This document shows positions 59,176 to 64,000 of a stretch of 64,000 bases of DNA, piece by piece. The notes below the pieces were generated by a model that saw only the letters and a program-made list of their open reading frames with translations, made no database searches and was not told the DNA's origin. Within the stretch, counting starts at the first letter, position 1, and every line of letters begins with the position of its first letter. Source of the stretch: an uncultured Candidatus Saccharibacteria bacterium (lineage in GTDB: Bacteria; Patescibacteriota; Saccharimonadia; Saccharimonadales; Saccharimonadaceae); assembly GCA_963549315.1 (NCBI GenBank), contig CAUUYE010000001.1:54163-118162 (forward strand). The letters are read 5' to 3'. A program made the position numbers and the translations under genes.

Positions 59176-60407
59176 TGCGCATCGCCTTCTTTACCGATAT
59201 TTTCCTAGAAGTCCCAGGTGGTATTCCCTCATCGATTAAAGCTCAACAAACCGCATTAGAATCTCTTGGACACCAAGTTACCATCTTTTGTCCAGGCTGG
59301 CAAAAGTTACCAAAACACCAGCACATAGTAGTTATCCCTACACACCGATTTCTTCGACCAAATAGAGCACCACTAGCTAAAAAACCGGAAGAAATTATTA
59401 AGTTTATTAAAAAACTTTATCCAGATTTTGCTAACTCGTTTGATCTTGTTCATGTGCATTACGAAGCAAGTTGTAGCATAGCAGGCGTTAAACTCGCAAA
59501 AGCCAATCATTTAAAACTTATTCAAACTATACATGGACGCGAAGACATCGCTATTGATACTAATGTTCCGTTTCCGATCAAATATCCTATTGCATTTATA
59601 TTAAATTCTCTTCACCGCTTAAAACTCTCTTCCATATATACTAAGCCAGTTTTACTGCAAAAAGATCACTATCTCATTAAAAATAGTGTCCAAAAAAATA
59701 TGTGGGAGCTCATGGTTCGACAAGCTCGCATAGTGGATCTTGTCATTTCACCATCCAAACATTTTGCTAAAAATCTTGAGCATTATAAGGCTGCCAAAAA
59801 AGTTTACGTAGTCTCAAATGGAATAGACGATCAACAAGTCCAACAATATATCTTTCATACTCGAAATTTTAATTCAAATACTCCACTACATATCATCTGG
59901 AGCTCACGAGTTTCTAAAGAAAAACGCATTTTACCATTTCTAGAATCTATTGCAAATTCAAAAAATCTCAAAAAAATTAAATTAAGCATCATTGGTAGCG
60001 GAAATCAATTACAAGAAGCCAAAATCTATGCCAAAATGCATTTTAGTAAAAAACAAGTTATTTTCCTCGGTCAGGTACCACATGAAAAAATATTTAAATA
60101 CCTACAAAATGGACATCTTTCAATTATCAATTCGTACGGATTTGATACACAAGGCATGACGATTCTAGAAGCTACCGCCTGTGGCTTACCAGTACTTTAT
60201 GCAGATCCTGCTATGGATGAAGTAGTACCAAAAGGTGGCGGAATCCGTGCCAAAGATCAATCGATCACCGCCATGACTGAGTCAATTGATTATATTTTTA
60301 ATCATCCAGAATTAATACAAAAAATGAGCCAAAATATGTTAAAAGCCAGACAATCTGTTCTCGAATCAACCCAAATCAAACATCTTCTAGAGCTTTATCA
60401 AAAATAA
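59175..60407 (+). CDS. GT4 glycosyltransferase
   Basis: FTD......GG, SRVSKEKR, FDTQGMTILEA.ACGLP. Confidence 0.88.
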   Translation: MRIAFFTDIFLEVPGGIPSSIKAQQTALESLGHQVTIFCPGWQKLPKHQHIVVIPTHRFLRPNRAPLAKKPEEIIKFIKKLYPDFANSFDLVHVHYEASCSIAGVKLAKANHLKLIQTIHGREDIAIDTNVPFPIKYPIAFILNSLHRLKLSSIYTKPVLLQKDHYLIKNSVQKNMWELMVRQARIVDLVISPSKHFAKNLEHYKAAKKVYVVSNGIDDQQVQQYIFHTRNFNSNTPLHIIWSSRVSKEKRILPFLESIANSKNLKKIKLSIIGSGNQLQEAKIYAKMHFSKKQVIFLGQVPHEKIFKYLQNGHLSIINSYGFDTQGMTILEATACGLPVLYADPAMDEVVPKGGGIRAKDQSITAMTESIDYIFNHPELIQKMSQNMLKARQSVLESTQIKHLLELYQK

Positions 60408-60408
60408 G

Positions 60409-62871
60409 TTAACGCTTCTCAACTATTTTTCTCTGGAAAAATCCAATAAAGAATTTTTGGTAAAGAAAATGCAAAATCTGTTCAACTAAAATCATGAGTG
60501 GTAATACAAGACAAGCTGTTATTGCAAAAATCATCCATTCTAGCTGTGTCATTTCAAATGAAATTCCAAATAAATCTTGCAAAAAGATCATACAGAAAAT
60601 CATTCCAAGTCCACATCCACCAACTATTATTTTTTTCCAAATATTATCGAATGGACGGCAAACTCGATACAGATAAACCAGCCCCACTACTTCCCATGCA
60701 AGTACACAAAGCATCCCTAGTTGCACTCCTCCTATATGTAGAATTCGTGAAACAAAAACAAGTAACCAGATTACAATCACGTTTGTCACGGCAGCAGGCG
60801 TTGCTTTTGATAACACATTTATCATAAAATTTCCTTTAATCAAATTTTGATTCGGGATCTGCGCCAAAAAGAAACTTGGTACTCCGATCGTAAACATTGT
60901 GACAAGGGAAACCTGTGTTGGTAATAACGGATAGATCATGCCAAAGCTAATTGACAAAATCGCACCGATGAAAGAAAAAATATTTTTTACCAAAAACAAA
61001 GATCCGGATCGTTCCAAGTTATTTACTACCTGTCGTCCTTCCTTCACAATCTCTGGCATCCTTGCAAAATCTGAATCTAAGAGGACTAACTGCGAGGCTT
61101 GCACTGCCGCCTGAGATCCAGATGCCATTGCTACAGAACAATCAGCCTCTTTTAACGCCAAGACATCATTCACGCCATCCCCCGTCATGGCAACCGTATG
61201 ATGAGCAGCCTTTAATATCTTTACCATCTTTAATTTTTCTTCAGGTTTCACTCTTCCGAATACTGTATATTCCAAAACAGCTGATCGAAACTCCTTATTA
61301 TCATTAATAGTAAATATATCGATATATTTTTCAGCCCCCTCAACTCCTGCCTGTTTTGCAACTTCCGATACCGTACGTGCATTATCTCCAGAAATAACTT
61401 TTATCCTCACCCCTTGCTCTCTAAAATATTTGAATGTAGCAGGTGCAGTTCGACGAATTTCATTCGATAAAACAATAATCAACATCGGAACTACTTTAGT
61501 CGTCAACATCACCTCTGATTTTGATGGATCAAACAGCTTATCCTGATACTCACCAAAAACCAAAGTCCTATAACCTTTATCTGTATAACAACTAAACTCT
61601 TTTTTATACTTCTTAAAATCATCCCTTAATACAAATTCCGGCGCACCCATTACATAAGTTTTTTTCTTAAACTGAACACCGCTATACTTGTACTTCGAGG
61701 AAAATCCTAAAACGTATTCTTCCTCGCCAATTAGTTTATTAATCTTTTCTTTTACGTCTTTAGTTATTTTTTCTTCATTAAAATACTGTTTAATCGCTCG
61801 CATCGTTTCGTTGTCAGATTCTTGTTTTTCTATCACTTTCTTCAATAAACCTAAGAATTCAGTTTCTCCAAAACCATTTTCTTCAATTTTCTCTAAATCA
61901 GAAATCATTTTTATTTCTGAAACATTCATCTGATTACTCGTGATTGTCCCAGTTTTATCCACGCATAAAACATCTACTCTCGCTAAAGTCTCAATGCACT
62001 TCATATCATGCACCAATACTTTCTTTTGCGCTAATCTTACCGCGGATAATACTAAAGTAACTGAAGCTAAAAGGAATAACCCTTCTGGTATCATCCCCAT
62101 AATCGCAGCCACCATAGCCTGAATACTCATTTTTGCGGTCGTTCCATACAAAAAATATTGCTGTCCAAACATAATTATCCCAATTGGAATAATTGCAATC
62201 CCTGCTAATTTTACAAAACCATTGAGCGATCTTAAAATTTCTGACTGTTCACCAACCCTAATCGCCTTAGCTTTCATTGTCAATTTCGCTGCATAAGAAT
62301 CGCCACCAACACGAATTATCCTTGCATAACATTTCCCATGAACAATAAAACTACCAGAAAATAGTTCATCATCATTTTTTTTCATCACTTCGTCCGATTC
62401 ACCAGTCAAAAGTGATTCATTAACTGCCACTTCTCCTTCCACTACTACCGCATCCGCAGGTATCTGATCGCCAGCAGAAAGAATCATAATGTCATCCATC
62501 ACTAATTCATGGGTTCTAATTTGGCATTCTTTACCATTTCTTACAACAACCGTTTTAGGGGAATGTAAAACTGTTAATTTATCCAAAATTTGTTTCGCTC
62601 GAAGCTCTTGTAAAATACCAATTAAGGAATTGATGATAATTAACGGCAAAAAACTCAGATCTCGAAACGAGTGTACTGCAACCAATAATGCAGCAATAAA
62701 CAAAAAAACAAAATTAAAATAAGTAAAGACATTGGACGCGATAATCTCACCGATTGTTTTTGACGGAGCCTTAACTTCTACGTTAGTGAGGTTCGCTTGT
62801 TTTCTTTCTATAACCTCAGCATCACTCAACCCAAGTTTATAATTCGAAATACTTGTGTCTGACTCTTTCAT
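60409..62871 (-). CDS. Cation-transporting P-type ATPase
   Basis: LTGES, IPEGL, DKTGT, KVISGDN, MTGDGVND. Confidence 0.93.
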   Translation of the reverse strand: MKESDTSISNYKLGLSDAEVIERKQANLTNVEVKAPSKTIGEIIASNVFTYFNFVFLFIAALLVAVHSFRDLSFLPLIIINSLIGILQELRAKQILDKLTVLHSPKTVVVRNGKECQIRTHELVMDDIMILSAGDQIPADAVVVEGEVAVNESLLTGESDEVMKKNDDELFSGSFIVHGKCYARIIRVGGDSYAAKLTMKAKAIRVGEQSEILRSLNGFVKLAGIAIIPIGIIMFGQQYFLYGTTAKMSIQAMVAAIMGMIPEGLFLLASVTLVLSAVRLAQKKVLVHDMKCIETLARVDVLCVDKTGTITSNQMNVSEIKMISDLEKIEENGFGETEFLGLLKKVIEKQESDNETMRAIKQYFNEEKITKDVKEKINKLIGEEEYVLGFSSKYKYSGVQFKKKTYVMGAPEFVLRDDFKKYKKEFSCYTDKGYRTLVFGEYQDKLFDPSKSEVMLTTKVVPMLIIVLSNEIRRTAPATFKYFREQGVRIKVISGDNARTVSEVAKQAGVEGAEKYIDIFTINDNKEFRSAVLEYTVFGRVKPEEKLKMVKILKAAHHTVAMTGDGVNDVLALKEADCSVAMASGSQAAVQASQLVLLDSDFARMPEIVKEGRQVVNNLERSGSLFLVKNIFSFIGAILSISFGMIYPLLPTQVSLVTMFTIGVPSFFLAQIPNQNLIKGNFMINVLSKATPAAVTNVIVIWLLVFVSRILHIGGVQLGMLCVLAWEVVGLVYLYRVCRPFDNIWKKIIVGGCGLGMIFCMIFLQDLFGISFEMTQLEWMIFAITACLVLPLMILVEQILHFLYQKFFIGFFQRKIVEKR

Positions 62872-62874
62872 ATT

Positions 62875-63333
62875 TTATTTCTTACGCTGCGCATTCTGAA
62901 TTGAAAATAATACACCAGAAATCATTAAAGATGCTAAAATCACAATAATTCCGCAGATAAAAAATGGCATAGATTTTCCCACGGTTTCTCTTTTAAGATT
63001 ATCAAACTCATGATTATTAATCTTTAACAGCCTCTCCTCAAGATTAGCTCGTACCATCTCCTTTTCTTGTATCTTTCGATTCAGATCTTCATATTTTTCT
63101 GAATTACCATTTTTATTATATTCATCAACCATCTCTTTTCTCATCTTCTCAATCTCTTGATATAAGACATTAACATCTGATTGAGTTTTCTCAGAGGTTG
63201 GAAGTTTTAACTTAGAATATTCTGAATTTATATTTCGATATACGCCAAAAGCAATTAATACAATCCCTAACAACACACCACAAACGGTTACCACAACTCT
63301 GTTAATCCTATTTCTTCGTATTCTTTTTTCCAT
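62875..63333 (-). CDS. Hypothetical protein with two TMs and a coiled-coil loop
   Basis: TM-coiled coil-TM layout; RBS GGAGG. Confidence 0.7.
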   Translation of the reverse strand: MEKRIRRNRINRVVVTVCGVLLGIVLIAFGVYRNINSEYSKLKLPTSEKTQSDVNVLYQEIEKMRKEMVDEYNKNGNSEKYEDLNRKIQEKEMVRANLEERLLKINNHEFDNLKRETVGKSMPFFICGIIVILASLMISGVLFSIQNAQRKK

Positions 63334-63423
63334 ACCACCTCCAGAATACTCATATTATATCATGCAATATCTTTTTCCATTGCTAGCACATATAAAAAAC
63401 ATCAGTATAAAATATTTCAGTTT

Positions 63424-63510
63424 TGGTGGGCGAAGTGGGAATCGAACCCACACTCCATTGCTGGAACTAGATTTTGAGTCTGGCGCGTCTACCAATTCCG
63501 CCATTCGCCC
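63424..63510 (-). tRNA. tRNA-Leu(CAA)
   Basis: Reverse complement GGGCGAATGGCGGAATTGGTAGACGCG CCAGA-CTCAAAA-TCTAG, long variable arm, GGTTCGAT, TTCGCCCACCA. Confidence 0.93.
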
Positions 63511-63630
63511 ATAACATTCCTATTCTACCACATTAAATCTATATCTAGCACCGTTCACAATAAATATCCGCTCTTATACCCCAAAAACATACTTTTGCTA
63601 GATAATTTAAATCAATGTTATAATTATCAT

Positions 63631-64000
63631 ATGAATCCAAAAGATGGTGGGCTATCTTCTAGCGATCGACAAAGACAGACTGTTGCTGAACTTGCTCGCA
63701 ATAAAGTTTTGGCTGCTTATTCTAGCCAAAACCATCTTTCTGACACTCAAAAACAGGCATCAGAGAATCAACAAAGCAAAAAATCCCCTTCAAACTCACC
63801 CTATCAAAACTTAAATCAAACCCATCCCCTAAATCACACTATTTCTAATCATCCAAATCAGAGTTCAACCATGAACAAACTAAATCAAAAACGTTCTTTT
63901 GCCGCCCTTTCTTTTCTTCATAACAGTCAGCATAACTTGTCGCATCGTATTTTAGGTGAGCAAACTCTACGCAGCGAACTTATTCAAAAATACAATAACG
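63631..64000 (+). CDS. 5' part of an unassigned CDS running off the window
   Basis: Open frame MNPKDGGLSSSDRQRQTVAELARNKVLAAY... to the window end; TGTTATAAT 6 nt upstream. Confidence 0.65.
   Translation, partial: MNPKDGGLSSSDRQRQTVAELARNKVLAAYSSQNHLSDTQKQASENQQSKKSPSNSPYQNLNQTHPLNHTISNHPNQSSTMNKLNQKRSFAALSFLHNSQHNLSHRILGEQTLRSELIQKYNN

Noticed and set aside
5213..63510. tRNA genes or dus as integration sites for a prophage or ICE
   Set aside because: No integrase, duplicated tRNA 3' end or phage genes were seen next to any of the three tRNAs or dus.
63631..64000. Assigning the terminal ORF as a sortase-domain protein
   Set aside because: Only a low-complexity N-terminus is visible and no catalytic motif falls within the window.

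Overview
AT-rich bacterial chromosome segment. Gene content, gene order and compact intergenic regions point to a Patescibacteria/CPR genome, most likely Saccharibacteria (TM7); this assignment is inferred, not searched. Most of the window is housekeeping: translation (tgt 3' end, prmC, prfA, rpmE, rpsB, tsf, proS, frr, lysS, serS, hpf, prfB, smpB, dus, three tRNAs), secretion and proteolysis (lepB, htrA, rseP, CPBP protease, secA, M16 and S41 peptidases), envelope and division (murD plus murL-like, ftsEX, CHAP hydrolase, two GT4s), anaerobic and fermentative metabolism (nrdDG with NrdR boxes, ackA, ldh), dnaJ with a perfect CIRCE, comEC and a UvrD-nuclease fusion. The most unusual region is a compositionally distinct island of about 4.3 kb (about 47040-51340). 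It encodes a TruD-like pseudouridine synthase, a CYTH protein, a Zn-ribbon protein, a PreA/DHODH-like Fe-S flavoenzyme interrupted by an in-frame TAA, and an atypical guanylate-kinase-like enzyme. It also carries a divergent structured transcript with two identical strong RBSs, an in-frame TAG and an EF-hand-loop peptide. Other notable signals are a probable MurD2/MurL racemase-independent D-Glu route, many -10 boxes 6-7 nt before start codons (likely leaderless mRNAs), a GC-rich patch over the CHAP domain, and a secreted cutinase-family protein. No CRISPR array, rRNA, transposase or integrase was seen.
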